A stretch of DNA of 63,978 nt, filler included, from Octopus bimaculoides (GCF_001194135.2; 6 parts of 5 records of this genome joined end to end with filler, not necessarily neighbours in it); one strand, 5' to 3'. Shown: positions 14,251-27,566, counted from the whole stretch's first letter. Notes: generated by a model from the sequence alone, not told the origin. Made by a program: numbers and translations.

Positions 14251-14920
14251 ACATATTTATGTTTATAAATATCATTGTGTATCTAAACTCAAAGTGATTC
14301 GATGGTGAAAATGGCATTGAAATTTACTCTTGAAATTTGCATTCAGTCAACCGAGAATGATTTCCATTTCAGCTTCCGGACGTTTGTCCTATATTTTCAT
14401 AGTTGAATACTGGATATAGCTGTCCAATGTCTAGGTTTTGACATCAGACGACGAGAAGTTGTGTGTAGGTGTAAATGTGCAGAATGTCGTCTAGCGACAT
14501 CGTTCTTACTTGGGATAATCCATAAATTACAATGTAACATCAAACAGCATCAAGATGGATGGAGAATTAATAAAAAAACAATCTGGTCACTCGTCTTGCT
14601 AGGTATAGCAGTTAAATTTCCCTCAGAGCACACCCTACTGTGTTAAGAAAGGATGAATAACTTGCATAATGTAATCGTAGATGGATCATCAGAAAAAAAA
14701 TGTCGTAGATGGAAAATCTATTATTAAAAGCCTGCTCAAACGTTTGTCACCATAACAACAATAACAAACGGACGCTGTATACTTGGATAATTCGGACATT
14801 TCTGGTACAGTTTTACTAGTTCAGATAATTCTTAAATGTAAACTCGAAAAAACTCCAAAAGAATATCTGTTTCACATAATTTACATAATTTTCAAAATGG
14901 CACTGTACATATATATATGT

Positions 14921-15168
14921 GGAGGCGCGTGGCTTAGTGGTTAGGGTGTTAGCACCACGATCGTAAGATCATGGTTTCGATTCCTGGACCGGGCGACGCG
15001 TTGTGTTCTTGAGCAAAACACTTAATTTCATGTTGCTCCAGTCCACTCAGCTGGCAAAAATGAGTAACACTGCGATGGACTGGCGTCCCGTCCAGCTGGG
15101 GAACACATACGCCATTAAAACCGCCCATGAGCCTGGCTAGGCTTTAAAAGGGCGCATTTATTATTTTA
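14921..15168 (+). mobile_element. tRNA-derived SINE, family B (CORE-like domain)
   Basis: A box TGGCTTAGTGG, B box GGTTTCGATTCC, and a CORE-like tgtgttcttgagcaaaacacttaa. A second identical head starts at 15185. Confidence 0.85.
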
Positions 15169-15682
15169 TTACATATATATATGTGGAGGCGCGTGGCTTA
15201 GTGGTTAGGGTGTTAGCACCACGATCGTAAGATCNNNNNNNNNNNNNNNNNNNNNNNNNNNNNNNNNNNNNNNNNNNNNNNNNNNNNNNNNNNNNNNNNN
15301 NNNNNNNNNNNNNNNNNNNNNNNNNNNNNNNNNNNNNNNNNNNNNNNNNNNNNNNNNNNNNNNNNNNNNNNNNNNNNNNNNNNNNNNNNNNNNNNNNNNN
15401 NNNNNNNNNNNNNNNNNNNNNNNNNNNNNNNNNNNNNNNNNNNNNNNNNNNNNNNNNNNNNNNNNNNNNNNNNNNNNNNNNNNNNNNNNNNNNNNNNNNN
15501 NNNNNNNNNNNNNNNNNNNNNNNNNNNNNNNNNNNNNNNNNNNNNNNNNNNNNNNNNNNNNNNNNNNNNNNNNNNNNNNNNNNNNNNNNNNNNNNNNNNN
15601 NNNNNNNNNNNNNNNNNNNNNNNNNNNNNNNNNNNNNNNNNNNNNNNNNNNNNNNNNNNNNNNNNNNNNNNNNNNNNNNNNN

Positions 15683-15717
<35 letters not shown>

Positions 15718-15720
<3 letters not shown>

Positions 15721-15919
15721 GTGGGCGCTGAAAAGTTTAATGCTTTAACGGTGTCGCGAAAAGACCTAACCTACCGAGTTCTTTTACAGAGCTTAGTAAA
15801 ACTGAAGGACCGCTGCAATAAGCGTGTGAATCTGAGAGGGGAATATGATGCATAAAATCATTAACTGATCATCCTGTATTTTCTTTTACCCAAAGCCAAG
15901 AACTTTTCTGCACTCCATA
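15718..15919 (+). mobile_element. Mariner-derived MITE (internal deletion derivative)
   Basis: Degenerate TIRs gagtgggcgctgaaaagtttaatgcttt / aaagccaagaacttttctgcactcc. The interior encodes a transposase C-terminal relic LVKLKDRCNKRVNLRGEY. Confidence 0.75.
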
Positions 15920-16437
15920 ATGGTATTTATATAAGCTTACAGTGATCACCGTGCAATGACTAAGGGAAATAGTCTAATAATGGGGCATATAAGCCCTCGA
16001 CAGAAAAATGTAGGCTTTCCTATCAGGTGGTGGCAGCTGAGGCGGTCAAGTATGACGATGATAGTAAGGGATGGGAAAGACAGTGGTTGAAAACAATCAA
16101 CAGAAAGCGTGAATGAGAAAGAAAGAAGTTAGACAGAAAAAAATTGTACTGACCCTTGAATGGGAAGACAAAAAATGTTGTTTATCATGAAGCTTTGTAA
16201 TAAGTTCCAAGTCGACAAATTAGATCATTGTTTTGACGAAAATTGTTCATTGCTTGAAAAATATTGGTCAAGTTTAATAAAATTCAATATGCACTCAATG
16301 CATGAAGTGACATTATTGGGCTCAAGGCCCAGTGGAGAGCCCTCCACAAGAGCTAGCTAATAAGCTGCCCGATAAGGCGTGTTTTAAGCTGGTACATATA
16401 TAATGTATATATGCATGTATGTAGGTATGTGTCTGGA

Positions 16438-16650
16438 GGTGTTTTTGTGTCTGTGTTTGCCCCTCACTACCGCCTGACGACCGATGGTAGTGTGTTTACA
16501 TCCCCGTAAGCTAGCGATTCGACAAAAGTGACAGATAGAATAAGTACTAGGCTTGAAAAAATAAGTCCTGAGGTTGATTCATTCGACTAAAACCCTTCAA
16601 GGCGGTGCTCCAGCGTGGCCGTAGTCATATGAATGAAACAAGTAAGAGGG
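16438..16650 (+). mobile_element. SINE family C, 3' half
   Basis: gtgtttacatccccgtaa..aataagtactaggc..cttcaaggcggtgctccagcgtggccg matches 30950-31127. Confidence 0.8.
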
Positions 16651-16684
16651 ATGTATATCTATATACGGATACGTATATCTATCA

Positions 16685-16718
<34 letters not shown>

Positions 16719-16765
16719 ATGCATGTATGTTTGTGTGTGTGTATATATATACACACATATGCATA

Positions 16766-17160
16766 TATTGGGTCATCCCATAAGTAAAGCGGTTCTTTAT
16801 ACTTACTTTTCAAAATTAAGATAAAGTTCTTTATAATCCAAAATCTACTCTCCTTCATTTTCTACAATGTTCTTCCATCTATGTGATAGACTTGCAAGGC
16901 CCCTCTTCCAAAATTCACTTCTCCGTGACGAAAGATACTTCTCTAGTACTGTTCTCACCTCCTCTACAGAATTCATATTCTTTGCATCCAAATTATTTCG
17001 AAGACTCCGGAATAAATGATAATGAGATGGGGCAATGTTCAGCGAATATGGTGGTTAGGGGCATCGTTTCCTATTCAAACTGCTCCAGCCTTTGGAATGT
17101 CATCTTCGCGCTATGTGACCGAGCATTATCATGATAGAAGAAGTGAATACCATTACAAAA
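16766..17160 (-). mobile_element. Mariner transposase 3' fragment with right TIR
   Basis: The minus strand reads YHDNARSH..PPYSLNIAPSHYHLFRSL..EFWKRGLASLSHRWKNIVENEGE with stops and a frameshift. TIR-like tattgggtcatcccataagt at 16766. Confidence 0.9.
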
Positions 17161-17698
17161 AATATTTTGGGGCCTATTTGAAAAATATTTTGAAGAGAAA
17201 TGACTTTTAAAATACGGTATTTCTTGAAAGACCCATTCGTAACTTCGCTGTGAAATAATTATTTTCTATAGGTTTTTTTTTTACTGCATTCAACGTATCT
17301 CACCTCCAAACGTAGCAGCCATTTGAGATAAAGGACCCGAAATATCTGTTACATTTTAGCAGGGCGTGCAAGAAATAGCAGCTAAACTTTTTTCTTTTCT
17401 GGGGAAAGGAGCCATTTACGCGTGATTACGATGTCACATTCGTTGAAAGCATGCAAAATAACCTGGAAAAGACAAAGAAAACCCACGAAACAAAGCTCCA
17501 TTGGAGGGAAACTCAGACTTTCCCGGTGACCGGTCATGGATAGTCTAGTATATGCATATAAACGTGCGTATGAGTGTAGATTTCATAGCGTCTTTAAGTA
17601 ATACAGACATGCGATGGTGACTATACTGAAGTACCGCTAAATTAATATATATATTTTATAAACGTGTGTGTGTATGTATGTGTGTGCGTATGTGTGTG

Positions 17699-17734
<36 letters not shown>

Positions 17735-18222
17735 NNNNNNNNNNNNNNNNNNNNNNNNNNNNNNNNNNNNNNNNNNNNNNNNNNNNNNNNNNNNNNNNNN
17801 NNNNNNNNNNNNNNNNNNNNNNNNNNNNNNNNNNNNNNNNNNNNNNNNNNNNNNNNNNNNNNNNNNNNNNNNNNNNNNNNNNNNNNNNNNNNNNNNNNNN
17901 NNNNNNNNNNNNNNNNNNNNNNNNNNNNNNNNNNNNNNNNNNNNNNNNNNNNNNNNNNNNNNNNNNNNNNNNNNNNNNNNNNNNNNNNNNNNNNNNNNNN
18001 NNNNNNNNNNNNNNNNNNNNNNNNNNNNNNNNNNNNNNNNNNNNNNNNNNNNNNNNNNNNNNNNNNNNNNNNNNNNNNNNNNNNNNNNNNNNNNNNNNNN
18101 NNNNNNNNNNNNNNNNNNNNNNNNNNNNNNNNNNNNNNNNNNNNNNNNNNNNNNNNNNNNNNNNNNNNNNNNNNNNNNNNNNNNNNNNNNNNNNCGTCGT
18201 ATATGTGTGTATGTATGTGTAC

Positions 18223-18270
<48 letters not shown>

Positions 18271-19369
18271 TATGTATGTACATATGTGTGTGTATGTTTG
18301 TGTGTGTATGTACGTATGTACGTATGTGTGTGTTTTTGTTTTGATTTTTCTCCAACGACCGCTTGAAAAGCGGTGTTGGTGTGTTTACGTCCCCATAACG
18401 TAGCATTAAAATATTTTTAAAGGTTTTAAAGGCTTTTGAAACATTACTTTGAGGATCCGTTTTAAACATGGATTTCTCTTAACCCGAAGAGCTAGCTTAA
18501 TTAAAGAATGTATATACATTAATTAAAACCTGTATACATGTATATATTAATGCTGACATGTAAGTAATTTATAACTTATTATAAAATAAAATAAAATAAA
18601 TTATCTATACATGTTTATTAAGCTGCGACACAATTGTCGTTAAGTATTTTCAATAATAAAACAAATTTTATCTTAGTATATTTCTCTCGTTATTTATAAT
18701 CTTATACGTATATGTATGTATGCATGTATGTATGTACATACGTGTGTGCGTGTATATATATATGTATGCGCGCATATGTGTGTGTGTGTGTATATGTGTG
18801 TGTATGCGTGCGCGTGTGTGTATGTGTATGTGTATGGGACGGCTATACTTACAATCCATCTTCTGATGTTGCTTTTGTTGGATATGTATTTATCAATTAA
18901 ATTCTTTTTCTTTTTTTTTCTTTTTCTCAAGAAAAATATCACCGTACTCCGTAAATGCTTTAATTAACCCCACAATACAAATACCTATTATGTACCCTCC
19001 TCGCTTTCTAGCATTGGTTTTTCGTCTAAAATTACATCCTCAATACAAACTTAAGGAAGTGGGTAGGTAAAACAGAGCCGAAGTTGCACGGCAGCCAGTT
19101 GATGGAGGAATTCACCTATACACTAACTGAAATTTTGATATTAATGTATGACAATTTATGTATTTAAAATATATCCAGATGGATATGTTCTGGGCACACT
19201 AATCAGGCAATCTTAGAGATTAAAACGTTACTTTCATATTGATCATACTGCATTTAGTATTATCTTCTGTGGTAAGCGGTCTATTTTTTATTTCTTTCTT
19301 AAGTCGTGCCTGTGACCAGCATGTTAATCATAGTCTTGAAATACTTTGCGTTATTGCTGATTTTTCTTG

Positions 19370-19404
<35 letters not shown>

Positions 19405-20402
19405 CCAATTTCTTGGGAACAAAACTATGAAATTCTTCATGCTTTCTTCTTTCATTGAAGCTAAGATAAATATATTTTACTTTTTTAAAAAAAGTTATTT
19501 AGCTCTAAACTTGATTAGTGACGTTACTTACNNNNNNNNNNNNNNNNNNNNNNNNNNNNNNNNNNNNNNNNNNNNNNNNNNNNNNNNNNNNNNNNNNNNN
19601 NNNNNNNNNNNNNNNNNNNNNNNNNNNNNNNNNNNNNNNNNNNNNNNNNNNNNNNNNNNNNNNNNNNNNNNNNNNNNNNNNNNNNNNNNNNNNNNNNNNN
19701 NNNNNNNNNNNNNNNNNNNNNNNNNNNNNNNNNNNNNNNNNNNNNNNNNNNNNNNNNNNNNNNNNNNNNNNNNNNNNNNNNNNNNNNNNNNNNNNNNNNN
19801 NNNNNNNNNNNNNNNNNNNNNNNNNNNNNNNNNNNNNNNNNNNNNNNNNNNNNNNNNNNNNNNNNNNNNNNNNNNNNNNNNNNNNNNNNNNNNNNNNNNN
19901 NNNNNNNNNNNNNNNNNNNNNNNNNNNNNNNNNNNNNNNNNNNNNNNNNNNNNNNNNNNNNNNNNNNNNNNNNNNNNNNNNNNNNNNNNNNNNNNNNNNN
20001 NNNNNNNNNNNNNNNNNNNNNNNNNNNNNNNNNNNNNNNNNNNNNNNNNNNNNNNNNNNNNNNNNNNNNNNNNNNNNNNNNNNNNNNNNNNNNNNNNNNN
20101 NNNNNNNNNNNNNNNNNNNNNNNNNNNNNNNNNNNNNNNNNNNNNNNNNNNNNNNNNNNNNNNNNNNNNNNNNNNNNNNNNNNNNNNNNNNNNNNNNNNN
20201 NNNNNNNNNNNNNNNNNNNNNNNNNNNNNNNNNNNNNNNNNNNNNNNNNNNNNNNNNNNNNNNNNNNNNNNNNNNNNNNNNNNNNNNNNNNNNNAATTTA
20301 TTGAGCATTAATGGAAACGGCTGTAAGAAGCGAAGATGACCAATTTGTCAATAATAATTAATTGTTGTTAGCTTCTTAATCTCCATTTTCTTTTCGTCTT
20401 TT

Positions 20403-20444
<42 letters not shown>

Positions 20445-20645
20445 TAGAGAGATACAATTGACCATCCAATAATTTATTTATATTATAATATAACATAATA
20501 TATTATGAATATAATATAACTTTAAAAAATCATTAAAAAAGCAAATAAGCCAACAATTTGTTTTGACTTATATACATTTTTTTTATATACAAACAATTCA
20601 ATTCACTTATATAAGTCTCATATAAAATCAACATATAATCTTATA

Positions 20646-20758
20646 TGTTGATTAAACTGTTTATTTTATAACAGACACTTATGACATACTATGTCATATC
20701 AACAATTAAGATTACAAATTTAAGGGACATCTAGCAATCGGAGAAGGGACAAAATCTT
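20646..20758 (-). mobile_element. Inverted partial copy of the HHR-bearing Penelope-like repeat
   Basis: Reverse complement of 21281-21418, apart from a ~25 nt indel and a few substitutions. Confidence 0.8.
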
Positions 20759-21151
20759 GAAAAACGTTTATACCAGTGATCATGTATGTATGGGAGTATA
20801 TGTATATACAAATGTGCATGCATGTATGTAAGTGTGGGTGGGTATATATATATGTGTCTGCCCTCCTCACATATAGTAACAGTGACTGTTGACTCTTGGT
20901 ATGCATGTACAGCCATCTATGTATGCGCATCTGAACACATATATAGGTACTCATGTGTTTTTGTTTTTGTATTCATGTATATCTGTATATGGTAATGTAT
21001 ACATGCATATGCATGTATATATGAGTTTTTATGACTCTTTATATGGCTTTTTATATGTTTTTTGTATGTTTTTTTATATGCCTTTATATTTTTATATTTT
21101 TATTTTTATATTTGTATTTGAATTTTACAAAATTCAATTCATGAATTTTGT

Positions 21152-21287
21152 AAATCTCTGAAGAGGCCTAGTGAATCATGCATGTACCCCCATTGCATCA
21201 TTTTCCTCTACCAATTACCCCAGCGTACTAGAGCTATATAGATAGAATGGGGCATGCCAACACTAGGCCGAAACAGCTGTAAGATTT
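21152..21287 (+). ncRNA. Type I hammerhead ribozyme with extended stem II
   Basis: Stem I AAAUCU/AGAUUU; CUGAAGA at 21158-21164; stem II GGCCUAGUG/CACUAGGCC (9 bp perfect); GAAA; stem III with palindromic ACAGCUGU; predicted cleavage after GUA at 21281. Confidence 0.85.
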
Positions 21288-21800
21288 TGTCCCTTCTCCG
21301 ATCGCTAGATGTCCTTTAAATTTGTAATCTTAATTGTTGATATGACATAGTATGTCATAAGTGTCTGTATATTGTCTTTATTGTCATTTTGGTTATAAAA
21401 TAAACAGATTAATCAACAGAGTACAGTGTATGCAAATTGATGGGTACCTCATATTCCCCTCCATTTTCTTATTNNNNNNNNNNNNNNNNNNNNNNNNNNN
21501 NNNNNNNNNNNNNNNNNNNNNNNNNNNNNNNNNNNNNNNNNNNNNNNNNNNNNNNNNNNNNNNNNNNNNNNNNNNNNNNNNNNNNNNNNNNNNNNNNNNN
21601 NNNNNNNNNNNNNNNNNNNNNNNNNNNNNNNNNNNNNNNNNNNNNNNNNNNNNNNNNNNNNNNNNNNNNNNNNNNNNNNNNNNNNNNNNNNNNNNNNNNN
21701 NNNNNNNNNNNNNNNNNNNNNNNNNNNNNNNNNNNNNNNNNNNNNNNNNNNNNNNNNNNNNNNNNNNNNNNNNNNNNATATATATATATATATATATATA

Positions 21801-22455
21801 GGGCGGGTAAAATTCCCGAGATCCATGGACGAATTCTCTCCAGCAGTCTTTGTCCCTCATCATCACTGCCATGTCCTGTACCCCCCAGAAACCAGTGTCT
21901 GTTCTTAGGGCATCAACATATGTCATCCTCGGTCTCCCTCTTCTAGTGTATCCGTGTAGGAGCTCCCACAGGAGCCCTGAATGACGGTGAGCCTGCCCAG
22001 CTAACCTCATTCTCCTCTGTGTTATTTTTGAGCTAACTTTTTGCAGGCTCCCATACAGCTCTGAGTTCTTCATCTTCAGTGTATACTGATTAATGTTCAG
22101 AGCCATCCTCAGCATTTTCGTGTAGCACCTATCTAAGTGAGTTTCTTGATCAGTGTCCAAGTCTCAGATCCGTACAACAGCACAAACTCCACTGCAGCTA
22201 CGAAGAGACGGATCTTCAGGTCTTTACGAAGGTCGGACTTCCATACAGATCTCAAACTGTAGATTGCCGGTCAGGCTTTGCTCTTCTTCTCAACTATATC
22301 ACCCTCCGTGTTCCCAATCTTTGCTCTCAGATACAGGAAGTCCTCAACCAACTCTAGTGGCTTCCCGCCTACACTCATAATCTTCTCCGGCTTCTTAGAG
22401 TTTTCTACCAGATACTTCGTCTTAATTTCATTCATTTTCACCCCCATACTCATCC
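21801..22455 (-). mobile_element. RTE-clade LINE, 5'-truncated ORF2 C-terminal fragment
   Basis: Reads VKMNEIKTKY..LELVEDFLYL..LLYGSETW..LDRCYTKMLRMALN..RRMRLAG..RGRPRMTYVD..WR with one stop and one frameshift, and ends in (TA)n. Confidence 0.9.
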
Positions 22456-22907
22456 ACACATACACACACACGCATACATAGATGTATTGTGCGTGTATGC
22501 GCGTGAGTTTGTGTGTGTGTGTATATCTTATATATGTGTATGTCAGCATGTAAATATGCATGTATATGTGTGTACTTGTGAATTTAAACAAGTAGACGTG
22601 CACATGTCAATATGAATATGTTTAGTAAAATATGTAATTATGTATAAATAAGACGGAAAGTTGATGTGTGTGTGTGTGTGTGTGTGTGTGTGCGGGCGCA
22701 CGCTTGCGCACGAGCATGTCTGTGTGTGTGTGTGTGGCTGTGTGTACGTGTGTGTGTGTGTATGTGTGTGTGCGTGCGTGTGTATGTATGTATATGTGTG
22801 TGCATGCTTGTGTCGATTTACAAACGCAGCAAAAAGTACTTGGTTACTCAAAAATGTAAGCAGACATAAGCGGACTGACAGACAGACAGACAGACAGACA
22901 GATAGAC

Positions 22908-22947
<40 letters not shown>

Positions 22948-22958
22948 GAACCACTAAC

Positions 22959-23071
<113 letters not shown>

Positions 23072-23321
23072 AAGTAGGTCGACAAATATAGAAGGCAAAA
23101 TAACAGATATTGACAAATAAAGATAGAGAGAGATAAAGAGAGATATAATAACAGGCCGTGAATGAGTGACAGAAAGGCAAATTGAGAATTATAGATGTAT
23201 ATAAATGTACATACGATAGAAATATTTCATATATCGGTGTCTGTTGTAAGTCTGTTTGTCTATACGCAAATATACAGTCGCACAGGCACGCACTCATATC
23301 CATATGAGTGCGTGCACGCGC

Positions 23322-23369
<48 letters not shown>

Positions 23370-23505
23370 TGAAGCATAGTACTTATTCTATCGGTCACTT
23401 TTGCCGAGCTGATACGTTACAAGGACATATCATATATACTCCAATACCATTTGTCAAGCAGTTGTGGGGGACAAGCGCTAAAACAACACACTCATACACA
23501 CACAC

Positions 23506-23545
<40 letters not shown>

Positions 23546-23844
23546 NNNNNNNNNNNNNNNNNNNNNNNNNNNNNNNNNNNNNNNNNNNNNNNNNNNNNNN
23601 NNNNNNNNNNNNNNNNNNNNNNNNNNNNNNNNNNNNNNNNNNNNNNNNNNNNNNNNNNNNNNNNNNNNNNNNNNNNNNNNNNNNNNNNNNNNNNNNNNNN
23701 NNNNNNNNNNNNNNNNNNNNNNNNNNNNNNNNNNNNNNNNNNNNNNNNNNNNNNNNNNNNNNNNNNNNNNNNNNNNNNNNNNNNNNNNNNNNNNNNNNNN
23801 NNNNNNNNNNNNNNNNNNNNNNNNNNNNNNNNNNNNNNNNNNNN

Positions 23845-23897
<53 letters not shown>

Positions 23898-23929
23898 TAG
23901 ACAGACAGACAGATGGACAGACAAACAGA

Positions 23930-24119
<190 letters not shown>

Positions 24120-24431
24120 TGTATGTATGTACATACATAATAAGAACATAAATATGTTATTTTATGGAAACACCACGCTTGGAACGTTCCCTATATTGGA
24201 TCTGGAACTTGCAATGGATCGTGAACCTACATGCGTGTGTGTAATATTTATGTGTATGTGTGGCTATATCTGAGCATGTACATATATATAAGTGTACGGA
24301 TATGTTTGTATATGCATTTGTAAGTATGGATGTATTTGTAGGTGATATATACACTTATGTGCTGAAGTTGACTTTTCCCCGTGTCCAGAATGTTAACATA
24401 CCTTGATTCAAATGAATTTAACATTGAATAC

Positions 24432-24471
<40 letters not shown>

Positions 24472-25212
24472 NNNNNNNNNNNNNNNNNNNNNNNNNNNNN
24501 NNNNNNNNNNNNNNNNNNNNNNNNNNNNNNNNNNNNNNNNNNNNNNNNNNNNNNNNNNNNNNNNNNNNNNNNNNNNNNNNNNNNNNNNNNNNNNNNNNNN
24601 NNNNNNNNNNNNNNNNNNNNNNNNNNNNNNNNNNNNNNNNNNNNNNNNNNNNNNNNNNNNNNNNNNNNNNNNNNNNNNNNNNNNNNNNNNNNNNNNNNNN
24701 NNNNNNNNNNNNNNNNNNNNNNNNNNNNNNNNNNNNNNNNNNNNNNNNNNNNNNNNNNNNNNNNNNNNNNNNNNNNNNNNNNNNNNNNNNNNNNNNNNNN
24801 NNNNNNNNNNNNNNNNNNNNNNNNNNNNNNNNNNNNNNNNNNNNNNNNNNNNNNNNNNNNNNNNNNNNNNNNNNNNNNNNNNNNNNNNNNNNNNNNNNNN
24901 NNNNNNNNNNNNNNNNNNNNNNNNNNNNNNNNNNNNNNNNNNNNNNNNNNNNNNNNNNNNNNNNNNNNNNNNNNNNNNNNNNNNNNNNNNNNNNNNNNNN
25001 NNNNNNNNNNNNNNNNNNNNNNNNNNNNNNNNNNNNNNNNNNNNNNNNNNNNNNNNNNNNNNNNNNNNNNNNNNNNNNNNNNNNNNNNNNNNNNNNNNNN
25101 NNNNNNNNNNNNNNNNNNNNNNNNNNNNNNNNNNNNNNNNNNNNNNNNNNNNNNNNNNNNNNNNNNNCATACATATATATATATATATTTATATATATAC
25201 ATATATACATAC

Positions 25213-25277
<65 letters not shown>

Positions 25278-25385
25278 CATATATATACGCGTTGTATTTA
25301 TGTGTGCCTCTGCGTCTGTGCAGTGTGTATGTGTGAATAAGCGTGTTTGTGTGTGTATATGTGCGTGTGTGTTTACTGTACTTAC

Positions 25386-25592
25386 CGATCGCAGAACAAG
25401 TTGAGAACGGTGGTGCTCTGTCTGTAATTGGCAATATGGGTTAGCTTTTTACCCTGAAAGTTTGGGTCAGCAATTAAGGGTGAAGTTCTGTATAGGTTCC
25501 CAGCCTGGGCATCTGCTGTGCAATTTTCTACCCAGAGAGATGATAAACTGGGGTAAAAAGACCCTGAAATATGGCCCGTCCAGGAAAATGTC
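25386..25592 (-). CDS. Candidate internal exon of an unidentified host gene
   Basis: Acceptor tatgttcAG/G, donor CG/GTAAGT, 207 bp, phase 2-2, no stops. Peptide: TFSWTGHISGSFYPSLSSLWVENCTADAQAGNLYRTSPLIADPNFQGKKLTHIANYRQSTTVLNLFCD. Confidence 0.5.
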
Positions 25593-25639
25593 CTGAACAT
25601 ATACAGATTACATCAGCAGTCACAGACTGTAACGTAATG

Positions 25640-26188
25640 GCGGCGGAAGCGGCGGTAGTCCCTCTCGGCTATGGTGGTGATGCTGATGATGTTGCTGCTG
25701 CTGCTGATGATGATGATGATGGCGGTAGTGATGGTGGTGGCGGTGGTGGTGACGATGGCGGTGATGGTGATGGGGNNNNNNNNNNNNNNNNNNNNNNNNN
25801 NNNNNNNNNNNNNNNNNNNNNNNNNNNNNNNNNNNNNNNNNNNNNNNNNNNNNNNNNNNNNNNNNNNNNNNNNNNNNNNNNNNNNNNNNNNNNNNNNNNN
25901 NNNNNNNNNNNNNNNNNNNNNNNNNNNNNNNNNNNNNTGGTGGTGGTGGTTGTGATGGGCGGTGTGGTGATGATGGTAATGTTGGTAGTGGTGGTAGTAA
26001 TGATGGTGATGGTGGTGATGGTGGTGGAGGTGGTAGTGGTATTAATGGTATCAGCAGTGTTGGTTATTGTGGGGGTCGTTATGGTTCTATTAACAGTAGA
26101 GTTGTTAGGAAAGTAGTAGTAGTAGTAGTAGTAGCAGCAGCAGCAGCAGCAGTAGTAGTAGCAAGTAGTAGTAGCAGCAGCAGCAGCT

Positions 26189-26221
<33 letters not shown>

Positions 26222-26547
26222 ATGTTGGTGGTGGTTATTGTAGTGATGGTAGAAGTAGTTGCAGTGGTAAAGGTTTTGAAGTATTTCAATCGTGGTAACT
26301 GTAATGGCATAGTGGTAATTAATGGTATCGGTTGTGTTGGTAGTGGTATTGGAGACAATGGTTCTCATGAGTGGTGGGGCACAAGAAGTGATAAGGGCTG
26401 TGATATGAGTGATGAAGGTGGTGGTGGTGGTGGTGGTGGTGGTGGGGTTGTTGTTGATAATGATGATGTTGGTTGTAGTGATGGTGGCGGTGGTGGCGGT
26501 AGTGATGACGAGATGATGATGATGATGATGGGAGCGGGGGTTGGTGA

Positions 26548-26581
<34 letters not shown>

Positions 26582-27566
26582 GAAGATGATGGTAGTAGTA
26601 GTTGTGGTAAAAGTAGTGATCGTAATGCTTGTGCTAATAGTAATTAATAACCCTTTCTACCATAAGCACAAAGCCTGAAATATGCTGGGAGGGAGAGGCA
26701 GTCGATTAGATCGACTCCAGTACGCAACTGGTATTTAATTTATCGACCTCGAAAGGACGAAATGCAAAGGGCGAACTCTGCAGAATTTGAACTCAGATCG
26801 TAATGGCAGACGAAATACCGCTAAGCATTTCGCCCGGCGTGCTAACGATTCTGCCAGCTCGCAGTAGTAATTAATAATGGTATTGGCGATGGTGATGCTA
26901 GAATCGACGGTGGGAATGGTATTAGGTGATAGTGGTGGTGGTAGTGGTGGTGGTATTAGTGGTGGTGGTGGTGGAGTATCGGTACTGCTGACAGTGGGGT
27001 GATTGGTGGTCATAGAAGTGGTGGTGGTGGTGGTGGTGGTAGTGGTGGTGGTGGTGGAGTATCGGTACTGCTGACAGTGGGGTGATTGGTGGTCATAGAA
27101 GTGGTGGTGGTGGTGGTGGTGGTAGTGGTGGTGGTGGTGGTGGTGGTGGTGTTAGTGCTGGTGCTGGTGCTGGTGTCATTAGTAATGATGGAAACGATGC
27201 TAATTGAAAATTCGGAGGTGGTAGTGGTCGTGGTGCAGAAACAGTATTGGTTGTGGTGGCAGTGGTGGTAGTGGAGGTGGTCGGTCTCTTGAAATTGCAA
27301 ACTTGTTTTGTTATCAGTTTTGTCCTTGTTTCATTTAATGATGATTATTGTTGGTGTTGTTGCTGTTGTTTGTTGTTTTTGTTGCTGTTGTTCCTGCTGT
27401 TGTTGTTATTAATATTGATGCTGATGTTGCACTTCAACTGGCCAATGAAACCTCTAACCATCAACAGCACCTCTTCACACATAATTTTCTCACTTCTATT
27501 CTTCAAAATACGTCGTCGTCGTCGTCGTCATCATCACCATCATCATCATCATCACCATCATCATCA

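Noticed and set aside
14921-14990. tRNA-like A and B boxes
   Set aside because: These are SINE heads without a full cloverleaf; no true tRNA gene is supported.
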